Translations under genes and position numbers: made by a program
Shown here: positions 12,401 to 22,126 of the stretch, in pieces
Layout of the letters: each line of letters begins with the position of its first letter
How positions within the stretch are numbered: the first letter of the stretch is position 1
The notes under the pieces: model-generated
The model's input: only the letters and a program-made list of their open reading frames with translations
What the model was told of the DNA's origin: nothing
The model's database searches: none
NCBI GenBank assembly: GCA_002269645.1
Contig: NIVC01001280.1
Location: 256,934-320,933, forward strand
Length of the DNA stretch: 64,000 nt
Direction: 5' to 3'
From: Macrostomum lignano
Taxonomy: Eukaryota

Positions 12401-15400
12401 TGCAGTTCTACCTACAAGGCATCTCGTCAGCAGCACCTGCCGGGCTTGGTTGGTACAGGGAGGGCTGAGTTAGCCTCTCGTAGGCTTAGGGTTTGCTTTA
12501 GTAGGATCACAGTCAGACTAATACAAGCAGACTCAATGTACGCAAAGGGCTTCAGTTAATAACGCACACGAGATCTTAGAAGTTTAGAGGCAAGTAAAGA
12601 CTCCGGCAAAGACTCCTTGACGGAAACAAGGGGGAGAGGGGTCCTATTTATAGCCGGGATTCTCCCGCGCACAAGACCTCGTGACTTGTTCTATTTTTAG
12701 AACTGACGTCACTTGAGGTCTCCGGCCAGAGTACACGCGGCTGTGACTCAGCTGCTATTTTTAGCAACATGAGTCACTCCTCTCCTTAGAGAAGGGAGGG
12801 GTCCGAAAGCACGTGATTCTCCCGGTAAACAGGGCCAATGAGTGCAGTAAACACGTTTACTGCACTTTAAGACTCCAAGAATGCAAGATCTGTCATGTGA
12901 CTTGCTCACATGACAGAAGAAAACGGGACGGGAACGAAACAGAGACAGCCTACAGCGGAGAAGCTGAGGGCTGAGAACAGAGACGCAGAAGGGCAGAACA
13001 GCAAAAAGGGGGGGCGGCAAGCAGACAGACAAAGGGAGGCGGGAAGCTGACCAGCGGCAGACAGCAATCCGGGGAAGGCGAGGGCAAGGGAAACTGCTGA
13101 CAAAGTGTGACGCGTAACACTTAAACTAGCGGCTCACTACAATTTTAAACCCCTTTCACACATCTGTCCAGTGGCCAGGAAGGAGAGAGAGGCGGAGGTT
13201 GGAGTGGCTGTCTCGCTGACGAAAAGCAGACTAACTTTAAAAGTACACAGTGCCGTTCAGAATTAACTTCGAGACTCGAAAATTTACACGATTTTGTCAA
13301 AATAGTTGAAAATTGATTGTGTCCAATTTGAAGAGGATTGGTAAAAGTGGAGCGACGCTGTAGAGGATTTAGTGAAATTCTTGCGAAACTGGACAAGCAA
13401 AATTGTCTCTAGCTAATTACAACTTCTTGTGTTCGGCTAGCCAAATTGCTGCTTGCTGGTTTTGGTTGGATTCCCGCTAGCAGATTTCAGCTAGCTAAAT
13501 ACTCGCTAGCAAAATTCCTGCTAGCAAGCTTCGCCGGGCAAACTTTGGCTAGCAGATTTCGGCTAGCAAACTTCGGCTAGCAAACCTCGGCTAGCAGATT
13601 TCCTGCTAGCAAATCTCGTACTCCCGTGGTGATACGTCCGAAGCCGGAATTATCTCAAACAATTTGTCTATCCTAGATAGACCCTTACTCAAACAAAAAT
13701 TTAATCGAATGGTTGCTGCCCGGCACTGCTAACACACATCTTGGTCGGACAAAGACCGGCTCGTCACTACATAGTGACAGGGCATTGCAACTGGAGATTT
13801 TTATCACTTGCGCGCTGAGAGTAAAAGCATTTATAGAGTCGCTCGCATTATCAGAGTGAGGCGCCTCATCGGACTCCGTTGTCCTTGTGCTTGGAATATG
13901 CCAGCCTGGTGCACAATTCACTGCCCTGGAACTGCGACGAGTAGTTAAAGCTAGTTGTACACTAAATTGTAAAAATTTTGCTTATCTAATACAGTGATTG
14001 GTATAAACCTACCTCAGACAGGCCTTTGCACTCAGGTTCTCCAAAAATTCTTAAAGGAATCGATATCCTCGAGCGGGCTTCTCGTATAAAAGGGCAGATT
14101 CTGGTACTTAACCAACGGTGGAACTATTTTTTTCTGGTTGGCATTCAAGCTCGTAGTAAAAAGATAATTAATATTCACTCTGTTGATCTCTTTTTTCTCT
14201 TTTGAGGTCCAGATACTATAGTTCACACAGACTTTTCAATGAAAACCTGAATATACTACCCCAAAGCCATATAATACCCCATCCCCGAGCTGTTTGTTCT
14301 ACAGATATAGCGTGTTACGAGTACTGTCTCTCTAGACCATGGATGAAGGAATACTATGGATTGCTCTTCTGAAACCTGGAATATACCCCCGTAGGAAACT
14401 ATTGGCTGATCAAAGTTAAAAATAAACCTCCATAGGACTCGATTTGCTGTTGAATAAGTTCGTCAGATGATATTTGCATTTCCAACTTTCACCCGCCAAA
14501 TTGACTAGAAATTGTTTCAGATGAGCAATCCATAGTACAGTATTCCTTCATCCATGCTCTAGACCATAGACTAGCGTAGTATCGGGAAACACTATTCAAT
14601 GCCGGGAAACACTAGTCAATGCCGGGAAACACTATTCAATGCCAGGAAACACTTCAATGCCAGGAAACACTATTCAATGCCAGGAAACACTATTCAATGC
14701 CAGGAAACACTATTCAATGCCAGGAAACACTATTCAATGCCAGGAAACACTAGTCAATGCCGGGAAACACTATTCAATGCCAGGAAACACTTCAATGCCA
14801 GGAAACACTATTCAATGCCAGGAAACACTATTCAATGCCAGGAAACACTAGTCAATGCCAGGAAACACTATTCAATGCCAGGAAACACTATTCAATGCCA
14901 GGAAACACTATTCAATGCCAGGAAACACTAGTCAATGCCGGGAAACACTATTCAATGCCAGGAAACACTTCAATGCCAGGAAACACTATTCAATGCCAGG
15001 AAACACTAGTCAATGCCAGGAAACGCTATTCAATGCCAGGAAACACTATTCAATGCCAGGAAACACTAGTCAATGCCGGGAAACACTAGTCAGTGCACTC
15101 CTCTGCAGTCGGGTGCCTTGGGCCTGTTATTCCAATATTATGCATCCCGACTGCAGAAGAATAATATACGATTAATACGAGCTATATGTATGCTTCATAG
15201 TATTTAATATTTCAGTTGGGGTTTTATTGGAAGCCAGCTGAAATATCTGGGTAAACTTAATGTCTTTCAACATCATGTTATAGAAATTTTGTATTTGTCA
15301 AAACATAATAAAAAGTAACATCAGAAAACATAGCACCCTGTCAGACCAATGAGATGAGAATCAAATATGTACACGCGCGACTCTCAGTTGCTGAATAATT

Positions 15401-15652
15401 GCTATTAACTTTTCTCAAATACCTCTTTGCATTCTTCCCACAGACGTGATATTCTTCATCTACCTGTACCAGCGCTACATTTACCCCATGGATCCGAAAC
15501 GGGTGAATGAGTACGGCGTGAGCCAAGAGATGCTGCAACAGCCGGAGCAGGACGTCGCCAACGCTGCTGAGACACCTGCGGTACCAGAGGCAGTCGAGGA
15601 GGAGACAGCATCCTCAGGCGTGACTAACCCGGAGGAGAAAAAAGAGCAGTGA
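9414..15652 (+). CDS. CLPTM1: Cleft lip and palate transmembrane protein 1 homolog (lipid scramblase family), 633 aa
   Basis: Exon 1 9414-11106, GT-AG phase-1 intron 11107-15443, exon 2 15444-15652. The junction gives YRIGCLRD-DVIFFIYLYQRYIYPMDPKRVNEYG. Family motifs include ETNPYLL, FLAFKNDIQFW, SLEGLSVRS and MTPQLFINYKMKSVAHLPWRMLTYKALNTFIDD. Confidence 0.95.
11294..13624. mobile_element. Foldback element with 9-bp TSD (Mutator/MULE-like), in the CLPTM1 intron
   Basis: TSD CGTGGTGAT at 11285-11293 and 13625-13633, with GG termini. The inverted arms (11294-~11680 and ~13430-13624) are built from 14-15-bp GCTAGCCGAA-type units. Confidence 0.75.
12208..13141 (-). mobile_element. Solo LTR (934 bp), nested in the foldback
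   Basis: TG...CA ends and a 4-bp TSD ATTT (12204-12207, 13142-13145). TATA-like CTATAAATAGG on the minus strand. Shares blocks with the LTR at 23043-24926 (TTCTAAAAATAGAAC and CTGGTGGCAGCACTACC). Confidence 0.85.
14338..14556. mobile_element. P-type MITE, 219 bp
   Basis: TIR CATGGATGAAGGAATAC... at both ends. 8-bp TSD CTCTAGAC at 14330-14337 and 14557-14564. Confidence 0.92.
14583..15092. repeat. Minisatellite with a 20-bp unit ATGCCAGGAAACACTATTCA plus TAGT, CCGG and 18-bp variants, ~25 copies
   Basis: Contiguous tandem copies with no unique spacers. Confidence 0.97.
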
Positions 15653-16660
15653 CTTTTATGCAATGTTGCGGGAGCAGCTTTGTAACTTTTAATTTGCGGC
15701 TTGTGCGCACTGGCGCGATTGTTGCTTTTTATTATTATTACATTATATTATTACAAATATTAAATAACGCTATCAACAACCTTATTCTTATGTAGGCTGG
15801 AGCTGCGATCAATTTATTGTACCTTCTACCCTAGTAGTTGTAGTCGTTTGTATGCGCTTGTGTCCTCATCCGATCTATTATGGGTTGCTTTGTTTTTTGT
15901 TTGCTTTGTCAGGCAAAGCATTATTGTTATATTCTAACATCTTTTTGAAGCCTGCAAGCTGAATTTCCTAAAAAATGTTAAATAATTGTTGTTTCGCATC
16001 TATCTTATTATTGCTGCCTCCATGGTAGCTTTGCTAGCCCCGCTTCCAGTGAATAAATTAGCTTACTTAGGTTTTAAATTCGCCACCAGACGTAACCAAC
16101 GGTATTTGCTACCGTTCTGGCTCCATTTGTGTTATTTCTTCAGTATTATATTGCGTTTATGAAAAATCACTCTTATTATCAGCAATAGTGGCAATAATTT
16201 AGTCGAGTTTCCATCTTTTATGTCAGTAGTGCTGTGAGAGTATAAAAAGGAAATTTTTGTTGGCTCCCGTATTTGGATAATAATTTTACGCCAAAGACAA
16301 GAAGACTCTGCCACGAATCTTTATTATATTCACAACACACTACTAACATTAAAATTTTGAATCCGACTGACAGAGTGGCCCATCTGTTATATTATCGACG
16401 GCAGCTAGGCTGTTGACTTAGTGCATTTTTATCAGCTTTAAAGCAGATGGATAAAATTTTCCGGCGCTTTAAGCAGCACAAATTCAATTTTATGCGTAGC
16501 GTAGGTACTTGGCGTCTTATTAAATAATAAAAACTTTGGAATTTTCGGGAAAAATATAACAATAAGAATTTTTGTCAGATTTTTTGATGCATTAACAGAT
16601 TTTTTTGTTTCAACGGTTGGTATATTTTTTGAATCTTTGATTTCCCGCAGCGCTGGAAAT

Positions 16661-16852
16661 ATGGCCGGAGGTGATCACTACCCGGACGACATGTTCAAGG
16701 GCTGGCGGCGGTATTACAATACCTACACTACCAGGGGTCGCTTTAACATCGTCATGAGCACCTGGGGCGGCCTGTTCGCTTTAGTGTTTCTCATGAAGAG
16801 GCGTGGCGGGAACAATGCCATCGAGCAGCAAAAGCCTAGTCACCACAAGTGA
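16661..16852 (+). CDS. ATP5MK: ATP synthase membrane subunit K (DAPIT/USMG5), 63 aa
   Basis: MAGGDHYPDDMFKGWRRYYNTYTTRGRFNIVMSTWGGLFALVFLMKRR matches the DAPIT pattern F.G..KYFN.YT..GR.N.V.AT.G followed by one transmembrane helix. A splice acceptor TTCCCGCAG ends at 16650, 10 nt before the ATG. Confidence 0.88.
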   Translation: MAGGDHYPDDMFKGWRRYYNTYTTRGRFNIVMSTWGGLFALVFLMKRRGGNNAIEQQKPSHHK

Positions 16853-17199
16853 CTCCTGATTGTGTGAACTGTTCTTGCACACACTGCTCTAGCTAATTAG
16901 ACATCTTTTGGTTTTCTCTACAGAACAGAAAATCATCAACCATAGAAAACCAGCCCAGTTCAGCGTACCAGCTGCACCCTAGAAACTAGGATCACATTAT
17001 TTCGCTCGTAGTATGTCAAAAATGTTATCACCTTCCAACAAAATGATTTGAAAAAACGCAGAATCTATATCTAGCTGTGTACTTTTCGTGTCCCCTTTCA
17101 AAAAAATAAATTAAATGGTTCATAAAGTTTCACCACATTACGTGCTGCCTTTGTGACTGGCTTGGTAGCTGCGATCTAGTAGGTTGTAATAAAAATGCT

Positions 17200-18270
17200 T
17201 TCACTTGTCCGTTTCGATTTCTATGGCTTTGTTGGTCCATCCAGACATAAGTTTCACAAGCAGTTCAATTTCACGAGCGTCAAATATAGATTTTTGCAGC
17301 CCATTTGGCATTGCAATTGTTCAAGCGCATTGAATTTTATTCAAGATATGTTTGCCAATGTAACGGAGCTTTTGTCTATGGTAGCTCGTAGCAAGTCTGG
17401 CAAAGAGCGGCATTCAGTTTGGTTGAACTATGGAGGAAAGAATAGAATAGAGTGCTAATCTGAGCCAGTTATTTTTATCTCGCTCGATCTTCACTTTTAA
17501 CATCCTTTCCCCCCGTTCCTTCCTATTGGCTCATGACTGCCATAGACAAAGTATTTTTCGTCTCGTTTTCGTTTTCGTTCCCCTCTGAAAGGTCTGTCCC
17601 AGCATAGTACGAGCTCGCATCAAAATATGCTTTCAGCCAATAGGAAGGAACGGGGGGAAAGGGATGTTAAAAGCGAAAATCGAGCGAGATAAAAAATAAC
17701 TGGCTCAGATTAGCACTCCATTCTATTCTTTCCTCCATGGGTTCAACAAGAATCAAAATGGTCCAAATGCTCGTGAGCCATTGGACAAACTCTTGCCTTC
17801 TCGCAACTGTCTGCAGGTTGTTTGTTGCGTACCACTGGAAGTTCAGCGTCTCTAGCTTGTTAAAGCGTCTCTAGCTTGTTCTAGCTTGTCTCTACCTCTG
17901 TCGAGTGTTTCGAATTTTCTAATTTTCAGTCGCTTCTCCAGAGCTCTGCTGATAGTCGAAATCTGCTAACTACATGTAACTGGAACTATTCCTTCAACTT
18001 CTGCTGCATTTTCTGCAATATCAACAAAGGGTTCGTCTCAACTGCATCGAGTAGCAGTTGGACCTGAGGCTCTCGAGCAACTTGCCTTGGCGATTGCCAC
18101 CCTTTCGCACGCAATCTCTGCCGGCGGAGTTTCAACGCGCTGCTGGATGCTGTAAACCATCTTTTCTTTTACATTCAGCAACCTTGCAATGTCCTTTGGG
18201 TGTTAACCTCTGTCGAGTGTTTCGATCACAAGCCAAAAGCATTCGTTTGACAGCCTAGCATATGGTCCAC
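17200..18270 (-). mobile_element. Decayed Tc1/IS630-like transposase relic (boundaries approximate)
   Basis: Minus-strand peptides HPKDIARLLNVKEKMVYSIQQR, LLDAVETNPLLILQKMQQKL, STISRALEKRLK and RRQEFVQWL parallel the transposase N-terminus at 43706. Contains stops and frameshifts and is interrupted by a MITE. Confidence 0.6.
17429..17739. mobile_element. P-type MITE, 311 bp
   Basis: TIRs of ~110 bp begin (T/C)ATGGAGGAAAGAATAG. The TSD pair GGTTGAAC/GGTTCAAC (17421-17428, 17740-17747) matches at 7 of 8 positions. Confidence 0.85.
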
Positions 18271-18606
18271 AATTCTGGGGCTGAGCTGCTCCTCCGTAGC
18301 ATTTGCAAATGAAGCTATGGACCAAATTGATGCTTGTTGGACCAAATAAAATGCCGCTCTGCCAGCCATGCTACCATGGACAAAAGCTGGACAAATAGTT
18401 CTAAGGAGTAGTAACTATGAAAGCAGACGAATGCTTAGTCAAGCAGAAAAAACCTATCAAGTATTGCAGTCACATTCTCATTTAATAGAACTCGCATTAT
18501 TTGTATCGTGTTTCGGCTTTGGTGTTCGGTATAATGTTACAATAATATAGCCTCCTCGGGTTTCAGCCGACGTCAAGTTGCTACTACTCGTATAAAAGCA
18601 ATATCC

Positions 18607-19932
18607 ATGGCAACAGCCAAGCGTCAGCGCAAGTCCTCGAATTCGGAGGAAAGGAAGGAAGTCGTCACTACCTACGATTTAAATGATGGTCGGCACTTTG
18701 CGAATGAATTTTCTGATTTTGGTATTTCTGGATTGGACTTAAAGTTCTTAGAGCGTTCAAGTGATGACTGTTGGCGACTTTCTGATGATTTTCGGGCGCG
18801 GCTACAGCAGGCTTTGGTGCACCTTCTGTCTCGAGCAACGCCAGATCTTACGGCAATGCCTACGACAGACAGGTCGGTTTACACAGGCAAGGCTGGTATT
18901 GCACACCTTTTCTGGCACCTGGCTGGCTCGGGACTTCTTCCTGACTCAGAACACCTGCTTAGCAACGCTCTTAATATAATGAAGGAACTTTACAGCCAGA
19001 TTAACTGCCGCCGAATCAGCTTTCTGTGTGGAGACTCTGGCGTCCTCTCTCTCACTGCTGTGTTGCACTGGAAACATGGTGACCGCGACCTCGCCTGTCG
19101 CTCTCTTGAGAGACTACTCAGCTTGCAGACAACCGCTGCTGCTGACGGACCTCCCAACGAGCTGCTATACGGCAGGTCTGGCTACCTATTTGCGCTGGCC
19201 TTTGTTGCCAGTGAGCTGGCGGACCTTTCAGAGGATGCGCGTCGAGACATCCGTGCCGCGGCGCGTTTGGTTGCCTTGCGCACCCTGGCGGATGGAGCCG
19301 AACTTTGGAAGCAACGAATTGGCCGGGGCGATGGTCTGCTCTTTGAGTGGCACGATTCTGTCTACTTCGGAGCGGCTCATGGACTCAGCGGAATTGTGTC
19401 CGTTCTGGCTCGGATTCTACCCAGTCTGGGTCTGTCTGAAGTTGAGCTCTCTAATGCCAGGCGCAGGCTCGACGTAACTGTGGACTTTCTTCGCCAGCGA
19501 CAGTTCAAGTCACTTAATTATCCATCTTCAATGGGAAGCGACAGAGACCGCCTGGTCCACTGGTGCCATGGAGCTCCTGGTTTTGCCCTAATGTTTCTCT
19601 GCATCGATGACCTGCCTGCCGCCCTGCAGTGCGCAGATGTGGTGTGGCACCGCGGACTTCTGCACAAAGGCGACGGCCTCTGCCATGGTATTTCGGGCAA
19701 CGGCTACGTGTTTCTGCGACTGCACAGCGCCACCGGCGATCCCCGACATCTGCACAGGGCTGCGGCATTTGCGCAGTTTATGCTGAACTTCCCTGGTCGA
19801 ACCCCCGATCGACCTTTATCGCTTTTTGAGGGTCTGGCAGGGAAACTCTGCTTCCTGGTAGACCTTCTGAGAGCGGAGTCGCGCAGAACTCTATTTCCAG
19901 CTGCTGAACTGCCCTCTTACTTTGCATTCTGA
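18607..19932 (+). CDS. LANCL: LanC-like protein (LANCL1/2 family), 441 aa, single coding exon
   Basis: Motifs YTGKAGIA, ELLYGRSGYL, YFGAAHGLSGI, VHWCHGAPG, GLCHGISGNGY and SLFEGLAG. The zinc-ligand Cys/Cys-His motifs are intact. Confidence 0.95.
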   Translation: MATAKRQRKSSNSEERKEVVTTYDLNDGRHFANEFSDFGISGLDLKFLERSSDDCWRLSDDFRARLQQALVHLLSRATPDLTAMPTTDRSVYTGKAGIAHLFWHLAGSGLLPDSEHLLSNALNIMKELYSQINCRRISFLCGDSGVLSLTAVLHWKHGDRDLACRSLERLLSLQTTAAADGPPNELLYGRSGYLFALAFVASELADLSEDARRDIRAAARLVALRTLADGAELWKQRIGRGDGLLFEWHDSVYFGAAHGLSGIVSVLARILPSLGLSEVELSNARRRLDVTVDFLRQRQFKSLNYPSSMGSDRDRLVHWCHGAPGFALMFLCIDDLPAALQCADVVWHRGLLHKGDGLCHGISGNGYVFLRLHSATGDPRHLHRAAAFAQFMLNFPGRTPDRPLSLFEGLAGKLCFLVDLLRAESRRTLFPAAELPSYFAF

Positions 19933-21006
19933 GGCCTCTTCCCGCTTCTTAACTGCCTCTACTGTGAATACTCCGTCAAACCTTTTGGTTTTTAATTTTT
20001 GAGTTGGACTTGCTTTTAAGCTTGGGTATATTAATTTTAAACCGAAATTGATGCAAAGTTAGTTTCTGGATCTACCAGATTACAATCCGTTTGATGTAAT
20101 AAATAATATAAATATAATCTAATAAATCATCTAATAATCATCTTTTTGGCCAGTCGACTGGAAAAAATATTTTTTACAAATGGATGAAAGTTAGTAGCGA
20201 AAAAATGACCATTTGAGAGAATAGTGTCCATCCATTGTTTTGTCTCCTAGTCAGCAGCTAAAGCAATGAATTGAATACCGATGTCGTGACGACTCACCTG
20301 CAGACAATCTTAGACTGCAGCGGCAAGAGTTCGACTTTCCAAAAGTTCGATGAATTGGGGTAACAGGCGATAGCTTACTTCCAGTTTCCTGAATTGTCTT
20401 GCAAAAAAAGCAATAATGGCTTCCTTGATATGCTTTAGAAGTCGCTGAGCAACTTCAATCGAGCTGCTTGTGTCAAAGCCGATGACTTCATATACTCAGC
20501 AACATTGATAAGTTGCCACCCTTTGCCCCAGTGAGCAGTGTCTTTCGACCAACGTCTTTCACCTGGCCAACCATTTTGATATTAGTGCTTGAAAAAAACT
20601 GAAAACCGGGCGGAAGCTTCAATCCATCTAATCTTCGCCCTCCGCTCTTCCCAACCCAGCCCAACTCTGCGTCGCGTGGCGCAATTTGCGTCACTCAAAA
20701 GTCAATACTGTAGAATAGAGTAGAATTTACTGCGCACTCTCAAATGTGGCGACTTTTTAATGTTATTGAGTATACGCTCGTATTTGTGCTGATCGTAGCG
20801 AGCACTGGGTGATAAATTGGGCTCATCCCATGGGCCATAAGCTAAAAAGGCAATAGTTGTCTTGAATGTAACGTTCTGTTAGTTAAGAGATTAAGAGATT
20901 AAGTCAACTGCTCCTAAGATGAAACTCACAGCAAAAGCTAGATTTTTTCCTTATAGGCACTCGTACCCGTCGTAATTTTTAAATCAACTATTAGATAAAT
21001 CCTAGA

Positions 21007-21236
21007 CAGGCGCGGTGGAAGAAGAAAAATAGTGGGGGGAAACTCAAGGGCACAGGGGCAAACTCTATCAGATATTTTTGTTTAGGCATCTCCGTAAAAA
21101 ATACGCTCGTATTAAAGAATAATTGCTATAATACATGTATTATGATTGATGCCATTGAAATATTGGGAAGGATCGAAATGCCAACAAAATTATTGCACAC
21201 ACAATTGCACACTTGTTGCACACTCCGCCGCACCTG
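21007..21236. mobile_element. hAT-like MITE, 230 bp
   Basis: TIR CAGG(C/T)GCGG(T/C)GGA. The 8-bp TSD pair ATCCTAGA/ATCCTAAA (20999-21006, 21237-21244) matches at 7 of 8 positions. Confidence 0.7.
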
Positions 21237-22126
21237 ATCCTAAATATGAGCTAGATAATAGTTTAAGTTTATTCACGCATAGATAGGTAGACAGTATTTT
21301 AATTTCAATACTTTTCAGTTTGAAAATACATTCATCCGATGCTTTTTATACTCGTATACGTAGCATCATCTTTCTATGTACGCCTGCATGGGCAGGCATT
21401 GTACGCTCAATAACAGCTTTTTGCATTAGTCTTTCGGAAGAAAGGAAACTGCTTCGTGTAGGAAACAGTGAAGAAACAGATGGTTGTTTCAGAGTTGCTG
21501 ATCATTACAGTCAATTGTGGCTGAAGTGTGTAGGATTTACGCGCACATGTACGTACGCGTACATATATAAACGCTATAATTAACTCTTTCAATGGGGGGC
21601 CAAATCCAAAATTAGCAAGTAATAGTTGCTGGGTTATACATACAAAAAAGAAATCGATAGCAAATATATTCTGCATTAAATTCAAAACTACACGTGCTTC
21701 TAAGTATGGGGATTGAATTTCTACTAACAATAGGTTCAATAAGGTTCAATAGAAAATCAGTTAATAAATCTAGGTTCTATGTGAGACTATTGCTCGCGTT
21801 GGTGCAGATTACTACATGCATGCAAAAATCGACTTTCATTGCTGTGTTACAGTACTTGGACTAATTGTGCTTTCTAGGGCTAATTAATTATGACCATAGT
21901 TTTTTGTAGCTTTGTACTCACGAGCTAAAATTTTTGTCTTGCAGTTCAATCAGATAAACCACAAAATTGTCTGGGCTACTCCTCTGAAGTATTATTCTGA
22001 TAGCGCAAAAATCCTTTCAACTTTGCTAATGCTTCTCACTACATGCCTGTTTCGATTATGCATTTATTGAAATGTATAAGTATTATGTATAAGAAAGTTT
22101 ATCAACGAAGTCCGAAGCCTACGCTG

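Noticed and set aside
14583-15092. CRISPR-like array or MPGNT-repeat protein
   Set aside because: The units are contiguous with no unique spacers and no cas genes, and the context is a eukaryotic intron. The ORFs are a by-product of the repeat.
20280-20700. Additional minus-strand gene between LANCL and SAXO
   Set aside because: There are donor-like sites and short open stretches (YEVIGFDTSSSIEVAQRLLKHIKE), but no consistent exon chain or recognisable family.
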